From assembly GCA_002269645.1 (NCBI GenBank), contig NIVC01001334.1, positions 124,001-188,000 of the forward strand: a stretch of 64,000 bases of DNA, given 5' to 3'. This DNA is from Macrostomum lignano (taxonomy: Eukaryota). Within the stretch, counting starts at the first letter, position 1. Each line of letters opens with the position of its first letter. Positions 28,930-41,524 of this stretch are shown here, piece by piece. The translations under genes were made by a program, and so were the position numbers. The notes under the pieces are model-generated. The model saw nothing but the letters and a program-made list of their open reading frames with translations. It did not search any database and was not told the origin of the DNA.

Positions 28930-29710
28930 TCACGTCCTGCTCTACAACGCCGAGACGTGGACGCTGCCGGCTACGCTAGAGTGGCAGCTGGACTCGGCGC
29001 ACTCAGGGCTGCTCCGTGCGGCCTTTCGAGCTGACGAGAGCGTCGGAACCGAGGTCCTGTACGATCGAGCTAAGCTGCAGCGCCCGTCCATCATCCTGCT
29101 CCGGCGGCGACTTCAACTGGCGGACAGAGGGCTACTGCCCCCAACCAGTTCAGGATGTCCTGCTGGTCACATTGCAGGGCCCTTTCAGGCGGGGTCAGGC
29201 CCGAACCCGTCGATACGTGGACTGCCAACAGCAGGTATTCACAAACCAGATGTGTTCATAATGATGCATGAAGACGTACTACAAGATTTCAGGACAGTTA
29301 AGCTTGAGACGGTGATCGAGACCGTCCTGTTGTACAAAGCCTGGAGACCTGGACGCTGACGGACTCGCTCGAACAGCAGGTCGATGCATGCGCGCCACCC
29401 TGCAAGATCGGCTACGAGCATGTCATCAATGCGGCATTCTATCGCCGCATCAGCCTATCGGCCTATCGAATTGTTGCGCCGTCGACGACTCCAGCTGGCA
29501 GGCCACATCATCCGCGCCGAGTCTTACTGCCCGCAGCCGGTGCAGGAAGTGCTGACGCTTGCAGGCACCCTACCGACTGGGAGAAGCACTCACTCGGCGT
29601 GTTTCGTCGACTGCCTGCTGGCTGACGGACACTGCCGGCGTTGCAGCCTACGTTTGCGGGCCCTGTTGACGCTGCCTTTTGCCGCTCATGACTCGCGTGA
29701 CTGGCTGACA
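28930..29710 (+). mobile_element. Two tandem, diverged 3' fragments of RTE-like LINEs
   Basis: VLLYNAETWTL..LEWQLDSAH..LLRAA and LRRRRLQLAGHIIRAESYCPQPVQEVL each occur twice (about 28930-29230 and 29290-29710), frameshifted. Confidence 0.82.
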
Positions 29711-30139
29711 ACATATTTTGTTGTTTTTTTGTACCAATTAAGTACGTACGTGCTATTTTATCTATGTGACTAGCTTATACCGAGTTCCTGAGATAGATTG
29801 TTGTGTGGTATTGGTTACATATTATAAGGTTGCCTGAACTAATGCGCTTTATTAATCAGGAAAGGTGCCCTATTTTCTGCTTTGAAACTACGTAGGCTCT
29901 CCTGGGTGTGGTAAGGGCAAATGCGCCACGCGTCCCCTGGGATGGATACCCCAGGTAGCCAATTCGCTCAATAAGCGTCCAAATTTAATCTTCTGATAAG
30001 GCAAATTTGGTCTTAACAAATTTTTCGTCTCCACGACAATGGTTCAGTTTTCTCTCCGCCCCCATATGGCTAGCTGCACGGAGCTGAAACCATTGGACTC
30101 AGGGATCGGATAGGGACGACTTAAATAGAATATTGTTAT

Positions 30140-31080
30140 TCTTCTATTTGCGAACAGAAGGTGTAGGCTGGAACTGCACGACAGGCTGAGAGAGAAATGA
30201 CAATGAGAATGAGAGCGAGAGCTAAATACGGTAGGCGGGGTTGGCCTGAAATCCCCAGCGCTCAGCGCCTTGACACGCATTGGCGCAGTTGTCTTGGAGC
30301 CGTCGAACAGAAATTGGCAATGGCCTGCCAGACTGAGCGAGTCCAATTGACTGACACTCCGAGGCAGGTCCTGCTGACAACCGCTGCCAGCCCTGCCAAT
30401 GCAAGCCTTCATGCAGCCAGCCAGCCATGGGTTTAGCTCCAAAGCCGCCTCTACCACATGTCAAGTGTCTATCATTCTTCATTCTGAGCGCTGTTTTCCA
30501 GCCCGGCCCCGCTTGCGGATACAGTCGGTCAGACTATTGCCAGCTATAATATTACTCAAAAATCATTTCTTTCCCCAGAAAAGCACTGTCGGCTTAGCAC
30601 TACTAATACTACTCGACAAAATGAAGGCATTAGTGTTACTCCCGGCCTCCTCGCCGCTCGACCATGCGAATATCGCTAAATAATGTGCTAAAAGAGTAAG
30701 AACTGGAGATTGAGCAGGGAAAGTTTGAATGGATACGAAACTCCTCAAGAGAGAGGGAGACGAGAGCAGCTGATGTCTAGCTCGCACTTCTATTCTGGGA
30801 GAGCAGGATTTGAGGAGTAATTTTAGCCGGGCTTCATGTTCATCATTCCGAGTAAACTTCGTTAACTCAGTCGGCGTCGGAGCTATGCGCGGCTCCCTCT
30901 TTTATATTCCTATCTTTCTTCATCCACTTCACTAACCTCTCCTTCTCCCTTCGCACTCTCTCAGCCGCTGACCTCGTCCTGCAGGCGCTTCAGCGCACCC
31001 GATCGTGTCCCAAGCGTCTGAGGCGCGCTGGTAGAAACCCATCCCGAGGCGTGGGCATCAGGTTAAGCAAACGGTTCCAG
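30140..31080 (-). CDS. Possible multi-exon gene of unknown product
   Basis: GC-rich open segments and a clean 44-nt GT..polypyrimidine..CAG intron at about 30178-30221; reading frame and family not resolved. Confidence 0.28.
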
Positions 31081-31755
31081 GGTTGACACTGGGAGCTGTC
31101 GTTTTCCTTTCTGCCTCATCGCGTGCAAAGTTTGGTCCAACAGAGACAGAAAGTGAATGGCCAATGTCTCTAATTTTCAGTGAAAAGCTAGCGACTATCA
31201 AATAGCATTATGGACTCGTAGATTTCCCAACAAAGTACTAATGATACGAGGATGTGACGGAACTCATAATCTACATGGCTGTGATCCAACTGCACAAATT
31301 AAATCTTAAGCGCCGGCTGCATATATTTTATAATTCGAGTGATGGGCGACCCCGGATGCAGCACCATCCATTTTATTAGTTGATTAAAGCTAAAAGAGGG
31401 AACGTGTTGTATTCTTTGCAGGGTTGAAGTAATAAAATTTGATGAGGCAGATTAAACGTGCAGCATTAACAGAAGGAATCGAAAACAGATGCGGTGAAAA
31501 CAAAGTTTTTAACAGAACTTGAGCTGCATCACATCAGCAAATTTGTCTCCAAAACCAGAACTTTCGGGTTTAGCAAAATATTTAAAGCAAATCGCTGTTG
31601 TACAGCATTCAGTAATTTCTAGATTTTTGACACACACCCTTTCATAGAAATACGCTCGTAGTCAAGGAAAATTTCGAAACTCAATGCAAGAATACTCATA
31701 AGTTGGCAAACAAAATCAGAATGAGTTACAGTCTGCAGCTGCAACAGGACTGGGG

Positions 31756-33672
31756 CTAGACGCTGGACACCATTCCGAGCTGCACCGAGTTCGAAGTGTC
31801 TCCCGAACGGCTTCGCCCAACCAGAGGGCTTTCGCTCAACTCTGGATAATCGACTGCCACCACTGACGTTGCAGTCCACTTCTTTGCTTCGGCTGGGGTC
31901 GTCAACGCCTGTCCGTTTTGCCGCCTCTGGCATTTTTTTCTGATTGTCTTCAAGCCGAGAAAGTCGAGCAATAGGTCGCAAAACTCGAACACAGTAATGA
32001 GAGAGGCGCCGACCCAGAGACCGACACAGCCGCCAACATCGGTGAGAAATCGACTCAGGGGGTACTCCTCGTCTTCGAGCATCTCGTCAGCGAACAGCGA
32101 TGACGGCACGATTCGAAGGTACATGAAGTTTCTCTCTATAAAATCGATGTTGAGCAGCTCTACAAGGCGCCTACTATAGGCACTGCTAATGTTAATGTTT
32201 TTCGAAGTTTCGTTTAGTTTAAGCGCTTTGAACGCCAGATCTGTACTGTTGTACTTTTTTAATTCAGTTTCCTCCATTCTGGCCAGGAGTTTCAGCCAGC
32301 CAAAGTGAGTTTTACGTTCGACAACGGCGGGAAAGTTAGCTTGGCTGATGACTGTTGAGTACACTGTGTGCTCGCACATATCTTTGTAGCAGGTGCGCAG
32401 CGGGTCGGCACGGAGAACTTCCTCGTCTTTTTTCGCTGGACAGTGTCTTTCAGTAAAGTTTTTGTAAAACCATTCAAAGTCGGAGCAGAAAGGGTAGTTG
32501 ACATCGTCGTTCTTTAGAGGATACTCATGATTGATGCAATTGCAGTGCCGCTTGAAGGCATTTTGGGTAATATTTTCCACGCAATCCGTCCGAGTTTCTT
32601 TGTAGTACCGGCGTTCGAGTGTCTCAATGTCAACATAGTCATAGAGATCCCGTTGCGACTCACAGAGCTGCAGCTTCCTCAGGTGCTGCTTCCTGGTCAT
32701 GTGCAAATCGACCTGAGCGTACTTGTCCAGCAGGAAGCTTTCACTAATCTGAGGATAGGTTCCCTGCTCATGCAACATAAGCAGCACACCGGAAGGCATC
32801 TTGATGGTGCCGTGGGTGTCCAAGTGCTGGAACTCACTGGGATAGTCGACACTCTTATAAAGCAGTAGAAAGAGGTCCGGTCTAAAGCCGCTAGTGAAAG
32901 CCTTCACATTCGACCTGCTGATAGCGTCGCGCCCAAGTTGGGTGATATTTAGCTGGTAGCAGGCTCCGTACGGCCAACGTCTGTGCGTGATCCAAGCCGA
33001 TGAGCATGCATTTTTGTCCATGCCCATGTAGCGACAGTCTTGCACAAAGATCTCATGCGGAATGCTATATAGGCTAATGTTTCTGCGCATGTACAAAAAA
33101 TCTGATACAAAGACGTTCCTCGAAAAGCCTTTGAAAAGATGTTTCTTCCAGTTAGTTATATTTTCAAATATCCTTCTGTATTTTGCATGAGTGGCGTGAA
33201 ACTCGTGAATAGCATTCACAAGATTTTCAAACTGTCGAGTTTCTCTTGGAGGAAAGTGAATTGGATTGATGTTACACACCGTAATATCTGGAAACTTGAA
33301 TGATAAGTGATCGTGCTTTACATTCGTGAGTACCGGAGTCTGCAGGTACTTGATCGCAATTTGGTAGAGGTTAGTAAGAAATCCACAACTTGCTGCGCCC
33401 AGAATGAGGATCCAGAACACGCGACGTCGAGTGCTGCGAGCCTGGGCAATGTGGTTCAGACCGTGGATTGTTGATTTCTTAGAAAAGGATAGCACCACCG
33501 AGACTATCTGCCCGCCAGGACGCATCTGCGGAGGCCGATCTTCTGTTGACGAGGACGCGTTGGGGTCCTGTCGATAGGGGCGCCTATGATCTCCTGATGA
33601 GTCGATGTCCTCGCGTCCTCCTCGACCGCGGCCATCGCCGCTATTGCTAACGTGGCAGCGACGGCTGTGCAT
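31756..33672 (-). CDS. DEG/ENaC (amiloride-sensitive sodium channel/ASIC/FaNaC-like) subunit, 638 aa, intronless CDS
   Basis: STIHGL (HG motif), TM1, FPDITVCNINP, Cys-rich thumb, TM2 FLTDVGGCVGLWVGASLITVFEF with the GAS filter. Confidence 0.95.
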   Translation of the reverse strand: MHSRRCHVSNSGDGRGRGGREDIDSSGDHRRPYRQDPNASSSTEDRPPQMRPGGQIVSVVLSFSKKSTIHGLNHIAQARSTRRRVFWILILGAASCGFLTNLYQIAIKYLQTPVLTNVKHDHLSFKFPDITVCNINPIHFPPRETRQFENLVNAIHEFHATHAKYRRIFENITNWKKHLFKGFSRNVFVSDFLYMRRNISLYSIPHEIFVQDCRYMGMDKNACSSAWITHRRWPYGACYQLNITQLGRDAISRSNVKAFTSGFRPDLFLLLYKSVDYPSEFQHLDTHGTIKMPSGVLLMLHEQGTYPQISESFLLDKYAQVDLHMTRKQHLRKLQLCESQRDLYDYVDIETLERRYYKETRTDCVENITQNAFKRHCNCINHEYPLKNDDVNYPFCSDFEWFYKNFTERHCPAKKDEEVLRADPLRTCYKDMCEHTVYSTVISQANFPAVVERKTHFGWLKLLARMEETELKKYNSTDLAFKALKLNETSKNINISSAYSRRLVELLNIDFIERNFMYLRIVPSSLFADEMLEDEEYPLSRFLTDVGGCVGLWVGASLITVFEFCDLLLDFLGLKTIRKKCQRRQNGQALTTPAEAKKWTATSVVAVDYPELSESPLVGRSRSGDTSNSVQLGMVSSV

Positions 33673-36299
33673 GCCACCTGAGTAGGAGCTGCTGCTTGCC
33701 TCTCGAATTCAACACGCAGTATTGAGGAAAGTGGCGTTGAGACCTTAAAGCAGCAAAACAATATCGTCTTTAGAAGAGTTCGTGAAATTTTAAAAATATG
33801 GAAACCTCGTCGAATGCTAATATCAGTCGAGATGTGCTGTCTTCAAGTAAAAGCTTCCTGGTGCATTTCACATCTACACTCCTCCCAGCTATACTGCCTT
33901 TGCTCATTGTCATTTGGACAGCTATTGGCCACTCAGTAGGGCAGCCAATACGGCCCCTCGGGGCGAACCGCCCTGGAAGGAAGTGAAAAGAGAAGCAGAA
34001 AAAAGAAATGGAAAAATAAGGAAGGAAATGCAAGATAGGAACATCTGCTACAGTTCAGTTAGTCAAGCTGATCGAATGCAGAAGAGAGCGGGACGGTGCA
34101 GGACGCCGGCCTACTTGTCTTCGGAGGAGGCACTTGGAAGATTTCCCCTTCTCGATGGCCTGAGGGGTTGCGAAGAGCTTGGCTTGCGGAGTGGACATCC
34201 GAAATTCTACTCTTTTCGTTCAATATTTCTTCCTTTATTTTAGAGCATCCTGTCTTCAAATGAATTTGATGCCCGAAATGAATGCTGTCAAAAATAAGGA
34301 ATCACCAAAGCAATATTTAATGCTTATTGATTCGAATATAAAAATCTTAAGACGAGTAGTGCCGAGTCGGAAATTCTTTATGCCCGATTAGCTGTTTCAA
34401 ATTTATATTTTTACTAGCTCGTATTACTCAAAGGTCTACGCAGCATTCAGCAAGTTGACTGTTCCTAATAATGTCCCGCGCTTCCAGCAAACGATTACAG
34501 TGCGACTCTTGTAAGACTCGCTTGCCGCCCTTTTCGCGTAGATCGCGACTGGAATTAGTCACATTTCTCGTTTCTGTGCCTGACCGTCATGCCAGCTCAC
34601 AATAAGAGACTCAGTGCATTTGAAGAGATGCTCAGATTTCTTTTTCTCCCATCCCTTCCCCTCTAGCGTCTCTGGCCGCGGTCCTCACGACTTAAGTCCC
34701 GAACCGAGGCCCTCCCGCGTGATTAATGGAGGTCCTTGGCCCCTCGGGTATCGACGGTTTCGCGAACTAGAAGGCGGGGACCTCTTCGACTTCCTCTCTT
34801 CCTCCTGCCCCGAGGGAAAAATCGTTTTTTTCTTCGTTTTGAATGGAAGACGAGAAGGGCGCGGGGAGACGCTGGTTTTGAATAGTTCTCTCCGATGTAG
34901 AAGGCGGACGGCTGGTTGGCAACTCACAGCCGCTTGCCCGTTGTTTGTACTGGAATGAAGAGAAAAATGTCGCTTCGAGACGTTGAGAACGGCTCGCCCT
35001 AAAGCAACGATGACCGTAAGGATGCAAGATGAGACACTGCCAACTAAAAATAACTTAATCGGTTTTCTGTAAATTTCATTTCCGATTTCCATTTCCTACG
35101 GCTTAATTCGGGGGAATTTTTGTGCCGCTCTTCAACTTCTCTATTATTATTTTAAAAGCCTGTCAGCTGCAGGACTGCTCAGAGCATCTGAAGAGCGGCT
35201 GTTTGCTGCAGTTTAAGAGATAAAAATACGATGCAATGCAAAAAAGAATACAGTTCTGGGCGCAGCATCCTCTGAACTGCATCTCTGCTCTACTCCTCTC
35301 ATGGCTCGGAGTCAGACTTCCATAAGGCTCCAGCTTGCTTGACGATTACAATCTGCCGCCACAGCACCCCGAATGCTGCGTCTGTTGCTTGCAGAGTTGA
35401 AAGCGGCCTTCCTCGGCATTAATGAGGGGATTTTAGCCGGGCGACAGGGCTAGGGAGACACACTCCCCAGCTAATAGCTAATAGCTGAGCCCTGAGGCCT
35501 TCCCATCGGCTTGTCGTTGTCCCTCTAACTTGGGCTGTTCTTTTTTGCTATTCGCAACACTGCCGCCCAAATGCTTGCACGCGTAGAAGAGCATAACAGG
35601 AAACGACACTACACCGCAGGAATATCTTTCGCTATTGTGTTTTTTCTCAGTAGATTCAGCAACCGATGCTAACTACTGAGTCTTGCATATTGCTGTCACC
35701 TACTTGCACCTCAACTAAATTGTGTGACCTAGCCATTTAGAAACAGTGAGCTAGGGACGGCAGTGATGCGGAAGGAAAATTGCAGATTTTAATTAGTTAC
35801 TGATGGTTAAATAGTTTACTATTTCAGAATACGTAATTTTTTTAGAAGTACAGGCTGACTATGCGCAATACTTCTATCGGATCCGTCTTTCCAATGGTAA
35901 TAAGGGTCAAACCACCGATATGCCCAATGCCTAGGCAACATACTGCCACAGAGATTTCCCATAGCGGTTTTGTTTGCGCTGCTTCACTTGTACTAAAATG
36001 TATTGGTAGAGAAATCGCCTGTCCAAGCTCTGGCACTTATCGATTGGGGGCATCGATTTATTGTAATCGGAGAGATTTCCTCATTATTCCCGCTGATTGC
36101 GGCTCAACTTCTTTGATGGCTATGCTATCCGGCGAGTTTAGTCTGGTCGAACTGCCTGACAGATGTCTGACTTCGCGAGGTCAAGTTTGCCACAGACTGG
36201 GTGGCTTGCACAGTAATTTTTTCTATTTAACTTAGCCAAACACTCTCTACTAGCGAAGTGGGTGCCAACCGTCTTGTACTCCAAGAAACTATGAAGCTC

Positions 36300-37406
36300 T
36301 GTAGCAATTCTTATATTCGCTGTCGTCGTACTTTTTCCCTTTGTTGCCTTCCCTACAAACTACAGACGACACTGTACACTGCGTAGGAAGCCCTGAGCAC
36401 AAGACAAGAAACATACTCGCCCTAGAGCACTATAACCAAAAGCTACAAATTTGTAGCAACCAGCTGCAAAGTGGTAGCAGACCGTGTTTCGAAGCCCCGT
36501 GCTCTGGTTTGGGTGGCAGCATGCGCAATCAGCACAACACGGCTTTGCACAACAGTCTAACAACAGGCGACATCGCGATCGCAGGCTGAATCAACAGCCG
36601 GTTCAACTAGCTAGTCAAATTCAACTCGGACTAGCCAAAACTGCTACCCTATGCTCCAGCGACTACGCGTCAGCTCAAAGTTGCCAGCTGACTCCTCTGC
36701 GACGCTGGTACGAGCGGTTCAACGACTCGACAAGGGCTCGTCCCGGATGGATTGGCTTTCGGACAGCACCTCCTTGCACAGCTGCCCACCAGATGCACGT
36801 TCTTCACAATTTTCCTTTGCGGCTTCGGCCCAGCAGAATTGGTTCCCTCCCCGCCAACCGATCCCGGACTCGTGATTAACCCGCTCACCGCTGCCGCACG
36901 CCCAACGCCACCACCGCTGGAGCCGACTTCTTATAAGTACGCTGTCTCCTGACCTGGCTGGCACCCGGCTCTGGCACCCACTCGTCACATCTGCACATCA
37001 TCTGGCAGGCGGCCCAGCTTTGTGCAGCGTACACCGCCCTATCGAAGCCATTATGCATCACGACACGCAATTCACCTGATAAAGAAGCGCGAACTGATGC
37101 GAGCTCACAATATTTAGCACTTTTTAATTTGCAAAATTTAGACCGACTGTTTGAACCTTTATTGTTTTTTCGACATTTTAGAAGCTTAAAGGGCAAACCA
37201 CACTTGTCACTCCGTTTCTGGAGGGGGAGTATCTTGTAGCAGTTATGATATTCGTTGTCGTTGTACTTTTCCCTTTGTTGCCTTTCCTAGAAACCACAGA
37301 CAACACTGTACACTGCGTAGGAAGCCCTGAGCATAAGACAAGAAATACGATACTCGCCCCGGAGCGCTATAACCCAAAAGCTATGAATTTGTAGCAACCA
37401 GTTACA
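36300..37406 (+). mobile_element. Complete miniature non-autonomous LTR retroelement (TRIM-like), 1107 bp
   Basis: LTRs 36300-36468 and 37235-37406 (TGTAGC...CA); PBS TGGTAGCAGA at 36472; purine tract GGAGGGGGAG at 37220-37229; 4-bp TSD GCTC on both sides. Confidence 0.92.
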
Positions 37407-38194
37407 GCTCAATTCTCAAACAAGCCTGAAAAGTTCGGAAGAGTAGCAACTCGTCATTGTATGTGCAACCGCTCATTGTACACCAGCAGCTCTTATCTAA
37501 CCAGTGAGGTCGCTGAAGCCCCTGAATGTTACTTTTTTCAACCTTGAGTGGTGGATTTCGAGTCTTTGCATAATAATAATGCATATCTGAATCGTATCTG
37601 TATGAACTCTGAGAATTTAGTCTGCATTCACGTGACTATGTGGTCAGAAAAAATTTGCCCTGAACTTATGCTATTGCTTTTATGCAGCCTCTAGCAGAGC
37701 TGAAAACGTCAGTGGGTCGTCAATCGACTTGTACGCAGTGGCACGCCTGTTTGTCTCTTGCGGCTGGTCCGTCTCTAACAACTATTGCAATGGAAAAACT
37801 GTCTGGCTTCTTACTAAAATTACTCGCTTCATGTACACGCGTTCAGCACTGCACCGTTTGAATTTAGTTGCTGGGGCAGTAAAAATTTTTAGTCTAAAAC
37901 TTTTAGTACCTCAAGAGAAAAATTAGAGAGAAGGGACATGGCTAGCCAACTGTAGATATGAAGTGATAGGGCAACATTTTGGCATTCGCCTTGTTACTAT
38001 GGGGACAATCTTCTAGCGCCATTGTGTCGGATTATCACTGTAGATTGCTGCATTTGTGAACAGGTAACAGAATTTTAGTCAGGCCTCAGGTCAGCTCAGA
38101 TTGAACTATGGATTCGCCCGCCTATAAGTAGTAAAGCCAAACAAAATGGCTATTCGGGAGCTTTTGAGCTGGCTAGATTTGACCTTCTTGAGAA

Positions 38195-41100
38195 ATGGAA
38201 CTGCTTCAAAGTCTCTGGCGATGGCGCAGTCTGCTGATTTTCGTGCTCACGCCGTTAGTTCTGTTGCCGCTGCCTTTGGTTCTGCAAAGTCCGGTGAGTT
38301 TACCAGCATGTGTTAGACTGGCAGGATGAATCAGAAGGGACAAAACGAAAACAGATAAGCTCAATTCCTTTACCTGCAGGAGGCATACGTCGCCTACATG
38401 ATTCTCCTGATGGCGGTGTACTGGGTAACGGAGGCTCTACCGATCGGAGTCACGGCCCTGATTCCTGTAGTGCTCGTTCCCGCCTTCAAAATCCTCCCAT
38501 CGAAGGATCTGTGCCCAGCGTACTTTGAGGTGAGCGCCTCTGAACTTTCTCTCCTAGCAGTCTTTATTAGAACTCACCAATCCATAGCTAAATGTACTTC
38601 TAAAAGTACCGTCGGCACTCCAATCGGTCTCCTGAAAGCAAGTAAGTAGCAAGCGGTCCATCGAAAGTTATCATCTTCAGTTTTAGCTCATATTGTTATT
38701 TTTCGCCCAGGACTCGAACATGCTGTTCATCGGTGGCCTGATGCTCGCTATCAGCGTTGAGTTCTGGGACTTGCACAAGCGCATCGCGCTGCTCGTCCTG
38801 CAGCTGGTGGGCGTGCAGCCCCGATGGCTATTGCTGGGCTTTCTCATGCCCACCTGGTTCATGTCGATGTGGATCTCCAACACGGCAACCTCGGCCATGA
38901 TGCTGCCGATTGTGGACGCCGTTCTGCACGAACTGATGCGACATGACCAGATGCGCAAGCGGGTGGACCGACAGCGCCTGGAGCAGGCTCAGCAAGAGCA
39001 GCCAGTAGAACAGGAACCGGAGCAGGGAGAATCAGGACAAAAAGATCAGCACGAGATGATCGAGATGGCTGAGAACTCCGAGACAACTGAGGACAAAGTT
39101 GAAGACAGCATGCCAGAGTCAGTGGGTGAGGTCGAAGCACCAGAGGCGTCAGCTGCAACTTCAGCAGCTGCCGAAACTAATTCTGCTGCAGCGACCTCAG
39201 AGGATGCTGAGGAAACTGTCTTGTCCTACATCCAGAATCCTGAGAACCGAGCCTTCGCCAACATCTGCAAAATGCTCACCATCTCAGTTGCCTACGGCGC
39301 AAACTTCGGCGGCACGGCCACACTGACTGGCACCGCGCCGAATCTTGTACTCAACAACAACATAATCAGCAACTTTGGCAACCAGTCTCCGTTCAATTTT
39401 GGCACGTGGTTCGCCTACGCTTTCCCTATATCGCTGGTTGGCGTTCTGATCGCCTGGATTTGGCTGCAGATACTCTATATTGGACCAAGGTAAATTGGAC
39501 CCCGAAGCTCTCCTTATTCCGCTCTCCTTATTATACAGTATGGAGTATCTGGTTCAGTTTCTTGCTATCCACCGAAAACCCGCAGGAATTCGTGTAAGTG
39601 TGGAGTCAAGGACAGCGAGGAAGTTGAAGCCGTGCAGCAGGCACTCAAACGGGAATATGAGAAGCTCGGTCCCATCACGTAAGTGTGTGGCACCACTCCA
39701 ACGGAGTACTTCATTAGTCGCATAGTTAACTTTATTTCCCACTCGCAAATTCCAACCACACCTTAATCACTTGTGCAGCTTCCCTGAGGTATCTTGCATT
39801 ATTCTGTTCATCATCACGATCATACTGTGGATCACCCGCGAGCCTGGCGGCGTTGGCTGGGGCTACCTGTTTCAGGAGACACCCGTCACTTACGTTAACA
39901 GCAGCAACGGCAATTTGACTCGGATTGAAGGTTCAACGAAATTCTTCATGGCTGACGCGCAACCAGCCATCCTTATGTCCATCCTGCTGTTTGTATTTCC
40001 TTCTAGTAATCCCTTCAAGCGGCGGCGGGCCACTGTTGATGTTGTAATCGAGGAGACAGTGACCGTGAATGATGACGGCACAGAGGAGGTGAAACGGGAG
40101 GTGCGAAACAACCTCGACAAAGAGAGGCCATCGACTTTGTTAACCTGGCGCGTTGTTCACGAGCGCCTGCCCTGGGGAATCGTGCTGCTTCTCGGCGGAG
40201 GCTTTGCACTCGCCAAAGCCACTCGGGTAGGTTCGCTTTGTCTGATCTCTCAAGACGTTCTTGTACGTCCCAATGTACCCCCTGCCACATGTTTTACCCG
40301 GGAAAACTAGGAATACTTTTTTCACGAATGAAAATTTAGTAATGTTCGCTGATGTCTCTCTGACAAGCAATACTTTTACACAGTGGAGAATATGCTCATA
40401 ATGATGCAATGATTTCGGACTGTCTAGTAGGCCCATCAATCGCCCATTCTCCGGAGAGGGCCTGTTGTATGCCCGAATCGACCACCACTTGATTGCGGCT
40501 CAGTAGCTAATCTGGCTGCTCTGCTAAAAAATCCAGTCCCTCCTTTGGGAATTGGCCTGAGGACTGAGAAAAAAATCGAGATAAAAAATGCATAACTTTG
40601 AATTCCAGGAGTCCGGTCTGTCTGCCCTGATTGGTCAGCAGCTGAAGCCGTTGGGGTCTTTGCCACTACCGCTGCTCATTGTGATTGTCGTGTACTGCAC
40701 CACCTTTATCACGGAGATCACGTCTAACACTGCCACCGCTTCAATTCTGCTGCCTATACTTGTTGACCTGGTTAGTTTAGACTACTCTTGTTTGTACTTA
40801 CTACTTCCTGCAGTCTGTACTTATTATCATTTACTAAATCAGAGCCTAGGATTTCGGTCAGGTTCACAGTAGCATCTAGAATTGAATGTGCTACATTTTG
40901 TAAGGAAAAAATATTTTACCTCAGCCTGACACTTGATTGAATGCGTGCTTGCATGCCTGAGTGATTGAACGCAGTGAAACAGGCATAGTAGAGCAGAAGG
41001 CCCACAGTCTGGCAGCATAAATCACACAGTGGGGTTAGCGGGCTGTTAAGTACAGTCGAGCTAAGACTAACAATCTCACACGGCACCCTGCATGGTCAGA

Positions 41101-41524
41101 GCCGAACAATCGGAATCAATCCTTTGAGCCTCATGCTGCCCTGCACTTTGGCCGCCTCGTTCGCCTTCAATCTACCTGTCGCAACGCCGCCCAATTCCAT
41201 CGTCTTCTCCAAGGGCTACCTCAGTGTTACGGACATGGTAAGAATCCCATTCAGCTCTGTTGCAGATTTGCAATCGAAAGTTTAGTCAAAACTAAAAACT
41301 TCCACACGCAGCTTAAGAGCGGCTTTGTGCTGACAATCACCTCGGGCCTTGTACTGGTTGCCGGCACTCTGAGCTACGGGGCCGTCATATTCGACTTTTA
41401 CAACTTTCCCTCCTGGGCCAACGCCTCGTCGAATGCCGCGGCCGCGACCTCAGCCGGGTTTTCAGCTGGCGGCGCCGTTCGGCCCGCTTTGATGCCGCGA
41501 CTAATGTACGTCGGGAACGAGTAA
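38195..41524 (+). CDS. SLC13: SLC13 family Na+/dicarboxylate-sulfate cotransporter (INDY/NaDC-like)
   Basis: Exons 38195-38293, 38380-38529, 38711-39489, 39586-39678, 39779-40226, 40609-40770, 41100-41237, 41312-41524 are phase-consistent. Motifs TEALP, two SNTAT, GGTATLTGTAPN, PWGIVLLLGGGFALA, AFNLPVATPPN. Confidence 0.96.

Noticed and set aside
29893-29975. HDV-like ribozyme candidate near the RTE fragments
   Set aside because: P2-like (GGGCAAAT/ATTCGCTC), P4-like and CAA elements are visible, but no convincing P1 and P3/L3 could be built; would need a descriptor search.
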